IMG/VR virus record: IMGVR_UViG_3300022074_000006
Span: 32,001 to 96,000 of that record
From: a virus
Reading direction: 5' to 3' (one strand)
Length of the DNA: 64,000 bases
Below the pieces are notes generated by a model that worked only from the letters and a program-made list of their open reading frames with translations, was not told where the DNA came from and made no database searches. How positions within the stretch are numbered: the stretch's first letter is position 1; each line of letters opens with the position of its first letter. Shown here one piece after another: positions 11,201 to 19,078 of the stretch. A program made the translations under genes and the position numbers.

Positions 11201-13911
11201 ATGTTTACCCACTTCAACTAGTCAACAAAGAAGATGCTGGAACTGATTCGGGCGTAGGAATGGAGTTTCAGCTAGAAAACACTTCTGGAACTGAGACTAC
11301 CGCAGCAAGGATCACAGTGGACAAAGCTTCCAGCTGGAATTCTGCTGTCAACACTGATGCAAGAATGGTATTTGATGTTGTTTCAGACGGTACTTTGTCA
11401 ACGATTTTAACACTTCGGGATGGAGCCTCAGTCTTTAATACACCTCTAACTGTTTCGCCTGGAATTATCACAGCTGGAGGAGGAATCACTTCCGCGGGAG
11501 ACATATTGTTGACCGGTCAAAAGAAGATTGCATTTGGTTCTGACTTGGTCAATACATACATTGCTGCAGACGCCAACAACCCGGAAAACTTAGAAATTCA
11601 CGCTGACGCCAACATAGAACTAAGGCCCGATGGATCGATATATCATCTTGCTGCTAGTAATTATTTTTCTGAGTACTTGCGTCATAATGGAGATACAGAT
11701 ACGTACATGAGGTTTACAACTGACAAAATAGACCTTTATGCGGGAAATGTCTCTATGATCACTATGACGGAAGACGATTCGCAAGATAAAGTCCAGGTCA
11801 ATGTGGGTCAGGCTGATGTTGACTTTGAGGTTTACTATGACTCCGGAATTGCGTCGAGGATATATGGTTCAGACGGTTCCATTTACTTTTATCGTCCCGT
11901 AACCATGTTTGGCCAAACACAATTAAAATTCAGCTCTTCGGATTCATACATTGCTGCAAACTCAGAGAATCCAGAAGATCTGGAGATACACGCAGATCAG
12001 GATCTTCACTTAAAACCAGACAACGATGTCACTATCTACTACGGTGGAACACAATACGGAACGTTTGATGGATCACAGTATAGGCTGCGCCTTTTTAGAG
12101 AAACAAATGCAAATGTTTACCCACTTCAACTAGTCAACAAAGAAGACACTGGAACTTCAGCAGGAATAGGAATGGAGTTTCAGCTAGAAAACACTTCTGG
12201 AACTGAGACTACCGCAGCAAGGATCACAGTGGACAAAACTTCCGCCTGGAATTCTAATGCTAACACTGACGCAAGAATGGTATTTGATGTTGTGTCAGAC
12301 GGCACTTTAACAACACTCTTGACAGTTCAGAATGGAGCTTCAGTCTTCAATACACCCCTGACTATGCCGACTGGGCTTATCACAGCTGGAGGAGGAATCA
12401 CTTCACTTGGGAATATAACAGTATCAGGTCAAAATAAAATCACATTTGACAGCGCAGACACATACATTGCTGCAAACACTGATAATCCTGAAGATCTTGA
12501 GATCGCTGCAGATCAGAACATCAATATGATTCCTGACAATGACGTTGATATCTACTATGGAGCTTCAAGATACGCTAATTTTGATGGTAACAACTACAGG
12601 CTAAGGATGTTAAGGGAAACAAACGCAGTCGTATGCCCTCTTCAGCTGGTCAACAAAGAAGATACTGGAACTTCAGCAGGAATAGGAATGCAGTTCCAGC
12701 TAGAGAACACTTCTGGGACAGAAAAAACAGCGGGGCAAATAGAGGTAATAAAGGCTTCTGGGTGGAACAGCGGTCCTAACACTGATGGTGAAATGATTTT
12801 CAAAGTAGTCCAGAACGACTCTCTAGGCGAAGTTTTCAGGATCAACTCTTCTCAATTGCTTGCTACGAAAGGCATAGCCAGTAACGATTACCTTAGAGCA
12901 TCTTCAGATGTTTATGTTGGTGGAAACATATATCACTACGGTGACACTAACACCAAGTTAACCTTCGGAGATGATTCGATTACTATCTCGGCGGGAGGCG
13001 TACCTTTCATTAACATAGTAGAAGGGGGAACAGACTCTTTAGTCATAAATCAAGACGGCGGCGACATAGACCTTAGAGTGGAAAGCGACACACTTCAGTA
13101 CGGATTTTATTTGAGAGGAAGTGATGGAAGAATAGGTATAGGAGAAAGCGGCCCGGAAGGCAAGCTGCACATAAAGCAGGTAGCGAACGGTGCTGCTAAT
13201 AACTACGCAGGTGACGCTCTAGTAATAGAAAACGTAAATGGAGCAAGCAAGTGGTACATAGGAATAGATAGCGATGATGAGTTGGTATTTGCTCACAATA
13301 ACAGAAACCCCAGTGAAAACGCAGGCGGCTATCTTTTGGGAAGCGGAAACGGGTCATTTGTTGGAACCATTGACTTTACCGGTCAGCACAGATCTGTTCC
13401 TGCGTCAGGATCGATCTCCGAGTATGAAAATAGAATCGGTATGATAGTAGTGTCTACAGGAGAATATCTAAACCACGAAGGAGAATCTAACACTATTGAC
13501 ACGGCGCTTCCTAAAATAGAACTGAGCTCTTCACCGAATCAAAAGACAGTCTATGGTGTTGTGTCTGCAATTACAGACCCAGAAAAAGAACACCAAACTT
13601 ACTTGCAAGGAGTGTTTGGCACAGTTCTCCCGAAGAAAGAAGATAGGGTCATCATAAATTCTCTGGGCGAAGGGTCAATTTGGGTTTCTAACTTGAACGG
13701 AAATTTAGAGAACGGAGACTACATAACGACGTCAGAAGTCTCGGGCTATGGAATGAAACAAGACGATGACCTTCTACACAACTTCACAGTTGCTAAAATA
13801 ACTCAGGATTGTAATTTTGATATGGAAGGTGAATACCCTTGTGAGGAATTTGAGCATGAAGGAGTCACTTATAGGAAGGCGTTTGTGGGATGCACATATC
13901 ATTGTGGCTGA
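8278..13911 (+). CDS. Tail fibre/receptor-binding protein (1877 aa) with internal ~172-aa repeats and a C-terminal chaperone/autocleavage-like domain
   Basis: GTG start overlaps the upstream TAG (TAGTG). Repeated G.[LT]G[IL]G...P...L.[VI] fibre motifs; tandem TYIAA...EDLEIHAD repeats; C-terminal FTGQH...NSLGEGSIWV...FVGCTYHCG domain. Confidence 0.8.
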   Translation: MSNTYSKAEIDRAEKLVNRNATNSNVTSVTFPHKFQVGLDDENFRSELVAKGNIRLSELSNPPTRPTDGQGGVLYVKNDGKLYYASHEQAEKNLLSGGDLSSITSGGVTFDGTSLHVTTTGDRVSLASAGGALILGNKAGQHLSFDENEIASKSDATTAGTLYLQGDGGKVSIGSLTEADLGIGTETPSYRFHLMSDTASAAEIGVTQINNDTATDGANVRMLRARGTKASPAIVQDGDALGVITFHGYDGTDYATNAAQIWAQADGTPAENDMPGRILLRTTPAGSASPVTRVTIKSDGNTGIGTTTPDEKLDVAGRIAISSESSTPTVSAGVGVLYTKSGGSLYFKSGDVGETDLLASAGSTANLIQTAASSTAANHYVPFFANQTGAQAIKTDGGLLYNPSTNLFTVFTTGNASEFTPLRLYNKNSNTNASVSARFDLVDTSNNSVDSGKIKVSKEQSFTSTSSTQDSSMSFFTSLNGTLTEQMILKSDGKLGLGTSVPAANLHISDTAGGNLIRLDTSNNVSNDPQFYMTGQSGDTTEGFALNYDNNTGDIRYDVFFTSGNHIWRLKQDTDASVGIEGMRLTHDGKLGIGNTNPGYELDVTGDINSSGAVRSNNYLLATKTGGDPAQIILRNNTNEHTSGGAESEILFKDHGNNNLVKVEGSHDGSSDDTKGNFSVYVNNGSSETLRMSINSGGSSNFYGPVVTNSSISATGMIAALGGISAQGNILLSGQNKIAFNTDPTNTYIAAGSGATEDLEIHADDDIKFKPDDDIHIYKGDVLYSTFDGSDYRLRMIRSTNSIVYPLQVINNDSTSGTSAGIGMQFQLENTSGIESTAASIYTKKSSNWSTAALTDAALYFNVSQNGALSNKLTIGNTISSFTTNLTSNGLITAESGILSNGNITLSSQNKAVFGTTDTYIAANAENPEDLEIHADQDMHLKPDNDILVYYGGTQYGTFDGSQYRLRLFRETNANVYPLQLVNKEDAGTDSGVGMEFQLENTSGTETTAARITVDKASSWNSAVNTDARMVFDVVSDGTLSTILTLRDGASVFNTPLTVSPGIITAGGGITSAGDILLTGQKKIAFGSDLVNTYIAADANNPENLEIHADANIELRPDGSIYHLAASNYFSEYLRHNGDTDTYMRFTTDKIDLYAGNVSMITMTEDDSQDKVQVNVGQADVDFEVYYDSGIASRIYGSDGSIYFYRPVTMFGQTQLKFSSSDSYIAANSENPEDLEIHADQDLHLKPDNDVTIYYGGTQYGTFDGSQYRLRLFRETNANVYPLQLVNKEDTGTSAGIGMEFQLENTSGTETTAARITVDKTSAWNSNANTDARMVFDVVSDGTLTTLLTVQNGASVFNTPLTMPTGLITAGGGITSLGNITVSGQNKITFDSADTYIAANTDNPEDLEIAADQNINMIPDNDVDIYYGASRYANFDGNNYRLRMLRETNAVVCPLQLVNKEDTGTSAGIGMQFQLENTSGTEKTAGQIEVIKASGWNSGPNTDGEMIFKVVQNDSLGEVFRINSSQLLATKGIASNDYLRASSDVYVGGNIYHYGDTNTKLTFGDDSITISAGGVPFINIVEGGTDSLVINQDGGDIDLRVESDTLQYGFYLRGSDGRIGIGESGPEGKLHIKQVANGAANNYAGDALVIENVNGASKWYIGIDSDDELVFAHNNRNPSENAGGYLLGSGNGSFVGTIDFTGQHRSVPASGSISEYENRIGMIVVSTGEYLNHEGESNTIDTALPKIELSSSPNQKTVYGVVSAITDPEKEHQTYLQGVFGTVLPKKEDRVIINSLGEGSIWVSNLNGNLENGDYITTSEVSGYGMKQDDDLLHNFTVAKITQDCNFDMEGEYPCEEFEHEGVTYRKAFVGCTYHCG
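10516..13090 (+). repeat. Tandem internal coding repeats of the tail fibre gene (units start at about 10516, 11032, 11554 [partial], 11944, 12460)
   Basis: Each unit begins [TS]YIAA...E[DN]LEI[HA]AD. Units at 11032 and 11944 (offset 912 nt) share identical tracts 11182-11234/12094-12146 (53 nt) and 11255-11325/12167-12237 (71 nt). Confidence 0.92.
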
Positions 13912-15087
13912 CTAGTCGATGTAGTCGAAATATCCTCTAATAGTATAACCATTTTGAAAAGCCCATACGTCTAAGATTTCAAGATCACTCATAGGAATAC
14001 CCATTCCTCCCATTTCCATTACATTTTCGTTACCTTTTCCTGCAATAAGAATGGTGGCATTAGTAAACTCAGAAAGGGAAGTAGTGATTGCTTCTCTTCT
14101 GTCAAGCTTTATTGAAACTCTGTCTATCTTTTCAATACCAGTCAGTATGTCTTTTATAATTTCTCTAGGGTTTTCTTCTCTTGGGTTGTCGTTTGTGAGT
14201 ACAACGTAGCTGCTTAGCCTTGACGCCACTTCTCCCATTAGAGGTCTTTTTTCTTTTGACTTGTTTCCGCCGCACCCAAATATTGTTACTATTTTTCTAA
14301 TCCCTTTGTTTTCATTTAGGAAATTAAGCTGATTCTCTAAGCTTGTGTGCGTGTGAGCGTAGTCTATCACTACTAGAGAGTCTGTCTCAACTATGTGATA
14401 AACATTAGATCTACCTTTGACACCCGGAAAAGACTTGATAGACGCTATGATGTCTTCACATGCGATGCCGTACATTTGACAGCATAGAAAAGCAGCAGCG
14501 CAGTTTTGAGCATTGAATTCTCCGTACTGAACAGTTGAGATAGTGTGTGTGTCACCATTCAAGTCTTTGAGATCAAAAGTCATAAGACCCGAAGTGTGCA
14601 CAAGATTAGATAGAATGACATTAGAGCCTTCTGAGAAACCATATGAGACAACTTTGTCCTCATGTCCAATAATAATGTCATCAAAAAATTCCGTGTCCTT
14701 AGAGACAAAAACTCTGCCTCCTGGAGCAGTGAAATGAAAGATATTTCTTTTCGCTTCTAGATATTCACCCGAAGTTTCATAGAGTTCGGAATGCTCTGTT
14801 TCTTCAAAACCTGTAAAGACACCAATATCTATCGGATTGTCTCTGTAACAGTCTAAAGTTAGGACGAAAGAAGTAGCTTCTGATATGATGACGTCTGACT
14901 CATTTTTTGCTGGGTGGTCAAAGTAAAGCTCAGCACTTCTAGAAGGGTTGTCAGGAAATCCATCAACATAAGGACCGTCTATTCCATATTCTCCAAAAAC
15001 TGACTTTCCGTTAGACATGAGAACATGCTGAACGATTCTAGTGACTGTCGTTTTTCCTTTTGTGCCTGTTATTGCTATATGATTCAT
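13912..15087 (-). CDS. murE: MurE-like ATP-dependent amino-acid ligase (Mur ligase central and C-terminal domains; N-terminal domain absent)
   Basis: P-loop GTKGKTT, IDYAHT, FGCGG...KRPLMG, TNDNPREENP, IAGKGNE, all MurE-type motifs. GGAG RBS on the minus strand (15094-15097) upstream of the ATG. Confidence 0.85.
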   Translation of the reverse strand: MNHIAITGTKGKTTVTRIVQHVLMSNGKSVFGEYGIDGPYVDGFPDNPSRSAELYFDHPAKNESDVIISEATSFVLTLDCYRDNPIDIGVFTGFEETEHSELYETSGEYLEAKRNIFHFTAPGGRVFVSKDTEFFDDIIIGHEDKVVSYGFSEGSNVILSNLVHTSGLMTFDLKDLNGDTHTISTVQYGEFNAQNCAAAFLCCQMYGIACEDIIASIKSFPGVKGRSNVYHIVETDSLVVIDYAHTHTSLENQLNFLNENKGIRKIVTIFGCGGNKSKEKRPLMGEVASRLSSYVVLTNDNPREENPREIIKDILTGIEKIDRVSIKLDRREAITTSLSEFTNATILIAGKGNENVMEMGGMGIPMSDLEILDVWAFQNGYTIRGYFDYID

Positions 15088-15108
15088 TTTTAACTCCGAG
15101 TAAGAAAA

Positions 15109-15117
15109 AGTATACCA
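15109..15117 (-). promoter_or_regulatory. Extended -10 sigma70-type promoter (TG-G-TATACT) for the murE-like gene
   Basis: Plus strand AGTATACCA reads TGGTATACT on the minus strand, 21 nt upstream of the ATG. The -35 region is weak (TTAAAC). Confidence 0.5.
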
Positions 15118-15186
15118 TTGAACGGGCTACTGTTTAAGGAGGTCGACTGTGGGATCACTAGATTAACTGTAGACTCACTGTGTTGA

Positions 15187-15193
15187 ATACTTA
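15187..15193 (+). promoter_or_regulatory. Putative late promoter motif ATACTTA
   Basis: Intergenic, upstream of the GAGGAG RBS and the GTG at 15215; one of 11 ATAHTTA copies before structural genes. Confidence 0.55.
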
Positions 15194-15214
15194 TACTTCT
15201 GAGGAGTATGCAAA

Positions 15215-16183
15215 GTGGCTGGTATATTAGATCCTAAAACTAGAGTCATGGACTTTATCATGACAGAGCTGGGTAGAGAGCAAGCTGCTCAAGGAGAAAT
15301 GAGAATTAAGTACGCAACGTTTACGGACCGCGCGGCATTCTATTCTTCAGGCTCAATCAAAGGAGTTGCAGATCCTGCAGAAAATAGACTTTACTTCGAG
15401 GCTGCATCTTCGCCTCATGACTCTATTGTAATAGAATCTGACTTTGATGGAAATATAAAACCATTTGATGCCGATGAATTTAAAATAGATGGATCTGATG
15501 TAATAAAACAAACAGCTCTTCCAGGTCAAGATATTGTTTTAAAGACAGGCCAGATATTGCCGATCGCTTCTAAGATATTGAATAGTATAACTTCTTCAAT
15601 AGAAAGCACTCAGTATATTAGAACCACCGATCTTTTCATAGAAGATAGAGACTTTGTTGCAGAACCTAAAACTCTTTTCTATTCTTACAATGACGATCCT
15701 GACTTGCCATCATCACCATACTCAGAAAGCGCGAAGAGTGTTGTTCTGGTAGATCAATTAACCAGTCTTTTTCAAGACAAGAAACTTGCTCACATTCCAA
15801 GCTTTCATTTTTTACCACCTAGGAATATGCCGAGCCCTGAGAATAATGACGGAAATTCTCTGGGTGAATATGCAAAATTTAGAGATGAATATGACGACAA
15901 GCAAAATCCAAGAAAAGCTTACGATGATTCTCTAAATTCTGGCTTTGAAAAAAGAAGAATCTATTTTAACGAAAGAACTCCTGACAACAATCTAATAGTT
16001 CAGCCGTTTCATTTTAGTGAAGACGGAGTTGACAAGCTTTCTGTAGTCGATGGAGGCCAATACGTTAAAGAGACGACAGGAGAAAGACGTCATGTCTTTT
16101 ACATAGGTCGACTTTTCGCTGATACGAAAAAAACTACCACCTACATTCACCTGTTTACTTTAGTCTTTAGAGAGAGAAATTAA
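15215..16183 (+). CDS. Putative baseplate/tail structural protein; N-terminus paralogous to 26203..26913
   Basis: MAGILD...DFIMTELGREQAAQGEMRIKYATFTD resembles MGFLD...DAVLTDAGRRQLAANRGDFQIAYFSLAD. GAGGAG RBS. Confidence 0.6.
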   Translation: MAGILDPKTRVMDFIMTELGREQAAQGEMRIKYATFTDRAAFYSSGSIKGVADPAENRLYFEAASSPHDSIVIESDFDGNIKPFDADEFKIDGSDVIKQTALPGQDIVLKTGQILPIASKILNSITSSIESTQYIRTTDLFIEDRDFVAEPKTLFYSYNDDPDLPSSPYSESAKSVVLVDQLTSLFQDKKLAHIPSFHFLPPRNMPSPENNDGNSLGEYAKFRDEYDDKQNPRKAYDDSLNSGFEKRRIYFNERTPDNNLIVQPFHFSEDGVDKLSVVDGGQYVKETTGERRHVFYIGRLFADTKKTTTYIHLFTLVFRERN

Positions 16184-16184
16184 A

Positions 16185-19061
16185 TTGAGAGTAAGAATTC
16201 AACTTCCAGTTTATGGTTTAAACTTATCTAAGAAAGAGTCTGATTCGAAAACCCAATCAGGAAAAAAGTCTAAGGCAAAATTTTCTAGAAAAGCGAAAGT
16301 CAAAAAAAGAAAAACAAGCAAAATTATTAGAAAGAAAGGTTCTCCCGGAGCTTACAAGGGGAAAAAGAAAAACTCAGATAGAACTAGAGTTACTAAGGCG
16401 GGCACCGGATTTAACCCTGGAAAATTTGTTGTCAAAAAGCCTTTTCTAAAAAAGCCTAAAAACTTTGCAAGAAAAAGAAAAATCGAGACTGAACTTATAC
16501 CTGACATGAATCGGTTTGGATCTTTTGACGACATCGTCAAGATGAGCGAAGGAGACTTAACAATACCTGACGTAGATCAGGCAAAAAGGTCTTTGAAATT
16601 TACTGACTCAATACCTGTTTCTCTTAGGTTTTTTGTTGATGCAAATCTCATAAGGGACAATAAAATAACTAGTGCTGATATCACCTTAGAGAAACCCAGA
16701 ACAACAAGAGGAACAACAAGAAACAGAAATATTGTAACTAGTCCTTCCGTCGATAGATCTTTTTATGAAAGACAGGCAGATAATTCAGAAAAGTCTATTA
16801 TTGGAAGAAGATATGTCGGATTCGAAAACATATACGACTTAAAAGAAGATATCGAATACAAGGTGTATCTTTCTAAGCAGCAGCTGAAAGCTGTTCAAAC
16901 GTTACCTGAGCTTCATTTTGGAAATATCAAGAGCTCTAGAGTTAAGATTCCTTCCATAGTCAAATCTTCACCGCTATTACAAACAAAAGGCTACAGCAGT
17001 CAATTTAAAGATTGGCGAAAAGGAAAAGGAAGAGACCCAGGAGACCAAATTAACAAGAGTCCTGCGATAAGTCCAGCTCAGGGAGTTCTAGGGGATCCAA
17101 GATCTTTGCTGAAAACTGTAGGCGCATCTTTTGGGATTCAAGTGGGCAATGTTTTGTCACGTTCTGGGCTTCCAACAGGTGCCTTTATCGGTACAAACAA
17201 GATGAGTCCTGCCGCGGCTTCACTTTCAGTTGTTACGTCTCCTGAGGTTCAAAGAAACTTCTTGAAAATTAAGTCAAAGTTGATCCCAATAGTCGTAAAT
17301 TTTTATATCAAAAATCCAAAGTATATCAACAACATAGTTGCAAGGATCTCTTTAAAGTCTAAGAATTCTCTGGGAGAACAAGTCGTGGCAATTGGATCAA
17401 GAGCTTATTCTATAGATAGAAGAATGAGAGCTTGCCTTTTGCCGATCACGCCACCTGACATAAAAGCACAACCCCTTGGCAGTGGAAACGTAAAAATAGA
17501 CATTGTCCAGAAAGATTATCTAGGGACTCATGCCACGATTTACGCAAAGTTTCTCGATGCAGACGGTGAGACTGTTGTGGGCTGGACTAAGCAAAAGACC
17601 GTTGAGTGTCGAGAGGCGACGACAACTTTTATGAATTTCTCTTCGTTTAGGCATACTTTTGTTTGTCTGCGGGCAGTTGGTGTAAATGGAATGGGAAAAA
17701 CTTCTTCGTACACATCAGCCCAATGCAAGAACGCAAGGCCGATAATAAGGGCCGGCCTAGAAGAAAATTATGCATCATTTAGAAAAATGCCTACTGTTTA
17801 CGCTCGACAAGAAAAATACGGAGCCAGAGTCTATCTAGAAAATCTAGAAAGTTCCGGAAAAGTTACAGTGTACAGGGAAGACCTGTCTACTGGAAAAACC
17901 CACAAAGCATATTCAGCCACCCTGTCTGGAAAAGGTAGTACTTTTTTTAGTGATCGATCAGTAAAGGTAGGTTCTGTGTATCGATACTATGCTGTATATG
18001 ATATATCAGAGCCTATCCCTAATTTCAAGACATCCTATAAAGACTGTGTGTATAAACACAGGTTGCTGGATGAGACTGCTCAGAGTTTAAATTTATCGAT
18101 AAGAGGGAGTCAAACATCTAACGGGACATCTTCGTCTTTGAGAGATGACAGTGTGTCGATCAGCTTAGGATTAAACCCTTCTACTGAGGGGCTTAAAAGC
18201 GTCCTGGAGGTTCTAAGAAACGAAGAAGTTGATAATTTAAACTCAGAAGATCAAAAGTCTGCAATTAATAGCTTAGAAGATTTTTATGCAATTAGAGCAA
18301 CCAGGATTGACTCTCTTACTGGCGAAAGAGTACTGTTTGACTTTGTCCCTCTAAACGTTTCTGACAACAGAGTGTTGGTGAGTGACTCACCAGGAACAAG
18401 ACAGAAATCAGATAACAGAAACGCTTTACCTCCTATTCCGGGAAGAAAATACATCTACAAAATAAAACTATACAGGACTTCGGTTGAAGACTTAATGGGA
18501 AAAGAATCCGAAGCTTCTATTCAAATTGAAAGACCGATCGGTAATCTCTCTAAGATAACTGGGGTGGAAAGAAGATTTTTTAAAGATGAGTCTTCCAGTA
18601 GGGGGATCATGAGAAGCGAGGGGTTTGTGAAAAACGACAGGAACTATTCCAAGAGATCTCTTTCCTATTCTAGAAATTGTACCGGTGTAGAACTAACTAC
18701 TACTGTAAAAATTCCTGTGTCTAAAAATAAGATTGTCAATGTTGACATAGACAGCGTTTCTAACCAGTTTGATATATTGACTTGGGAGTATACTGGCAGG
18801 GTGGTTGACCTAGACCACTTTGTGATCTTAGAGAAGTCACAAGATAGGTGTGTGCCTGTTGGTGCTAAACACATTGATGACGATTCCCATAGATTTAGCT
18901 TTAACTTAGTAAACAGTGACCCGACATACGATAGACACTATATCATAAGAGCGTATGACGATGAGGGTGAAGTCATAGCTGAAGAAGCTTCAGATGACAA
19001 AGAGCTGGAATATCCTTTCAATATTGAGGTGTTGAAAAACATGTTTGGAAGAATTAGATAG
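16185..19061 (+). CDS. Hypothetical 958-aa protein with a very Lys/Arg-rich N-terminus and probable beta-sandwich repeats
   Basis: Long ORF with a TTG start one base after the previous stop. Segments such as VTVYRED...F.D.SV..G..YRYY look FN3-like. Confidence 0.6.
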   Translation: MRVRIQLPVYGLNLSKKESDSKTQSGKKSKAKFSRKAKVKKRKTSKIIRKKGSPGAYKGKKKNSDRTRVTKAGTGFNPGKFVVKKPFLKKPKNFARKRKIETELIPDMNRFGSFDDIVKMSEGDLTIPDVDQAKRSLKFTDSIPVSLRFFVDANLIRDNKITSADITLEKPRTTRGTTRNRNIVTSPSVDRSFYERQADNSEKSIIGRRYVGFENIYDLKEDIEYKVYLSKQQLKAVQTLPELHFGNIKSSRVKIPSIVKSSPLLQTKGYSSQFKDWRKGKGRDPGDQINKSPAISPAQGVLGDPRSLLKTVGASFGIQVGNVLSRSGLPTGAFIGTNKMSPAAASLSVVTSPEVQRNFLKIKSKLIPIVVNFYIKNPKYINNIVARISLKSKNSLGEQVVAIGSRAYSIDRRMRACLLPITPPDIKAQPLGSGNVKIDIVQKDYLGTHATIYAKFLDADGETVVGWTKQKTVECREATTTFMNFSSFRHTFVCLRAVGVNGMGKTSSYTSAQCKNARPIIRAGLEENYASFRKMPTVYARQEKYGARVYLENLESSGKVTVYREDLSTGKTHKAYSATLSGKGSTFFSDRSVKVGSVYRYYAVYDISEPIPNFKTSYKDCVYKHRLLDETAQSLNLSIRGSQTSNGTSSSLRDDSVSISLGLNPSTEGLKSVLEVLRNEEVDNLNSEDQKSAINSLEDFYAIRATRIDSLTGERVLFDFVPLNVSDNRVLVSDSPGTRQKSDNRNALPPIPGRKYIYKIKLYRTSVEDLMGKESEASIQIERPIGNLSKITGVERRFFKDESSSRGIMRSEGFVKNDRNYSKRSLSYSRNCTGVELTTTVKIPVSKNKIVNVDIDSVSNQFDILTWEYTGRVVDLDHFVILEKSQDRCVPVGAKHIDDDSHRFSFNLVNSDPTYDRHYIIRAYDDEGEVIAEEASDDKELEYPFNIEVLKNMFGRIR

Positions 19062-19078
19062 ATTGACATGGTAGAGAA

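Noticed and set aside
10516-13090. Near-identical repeats in the fibre gene as a diversity-generating retroelement (TR/VR pair)
   Set aside because: Both copies are in-frame coding units inside one gene, differences involve all four bases (mostly third positions) rather than adenines only, and there is no reverse transcriptase in the window.
13375-13911. Eukaryotic giant-virus origin of the whole window
   Set aside because: The resemblance is limited to one fibre domain; T4-like head/tail genes, SD sequences and intrinsic terminators indicate a bacteriophage.
15135-15166. Perfect SD (TAAGGAGGT) followed by a 5-codon mini-ORF (GTG GGA TCA CTA GAT TAA)
   Set aside because: It lies upstream of the putative late promoter, so it may not be transcribed on this strand; one 9-mer in a 64-kb window is plausible by chance, and there is no other support.
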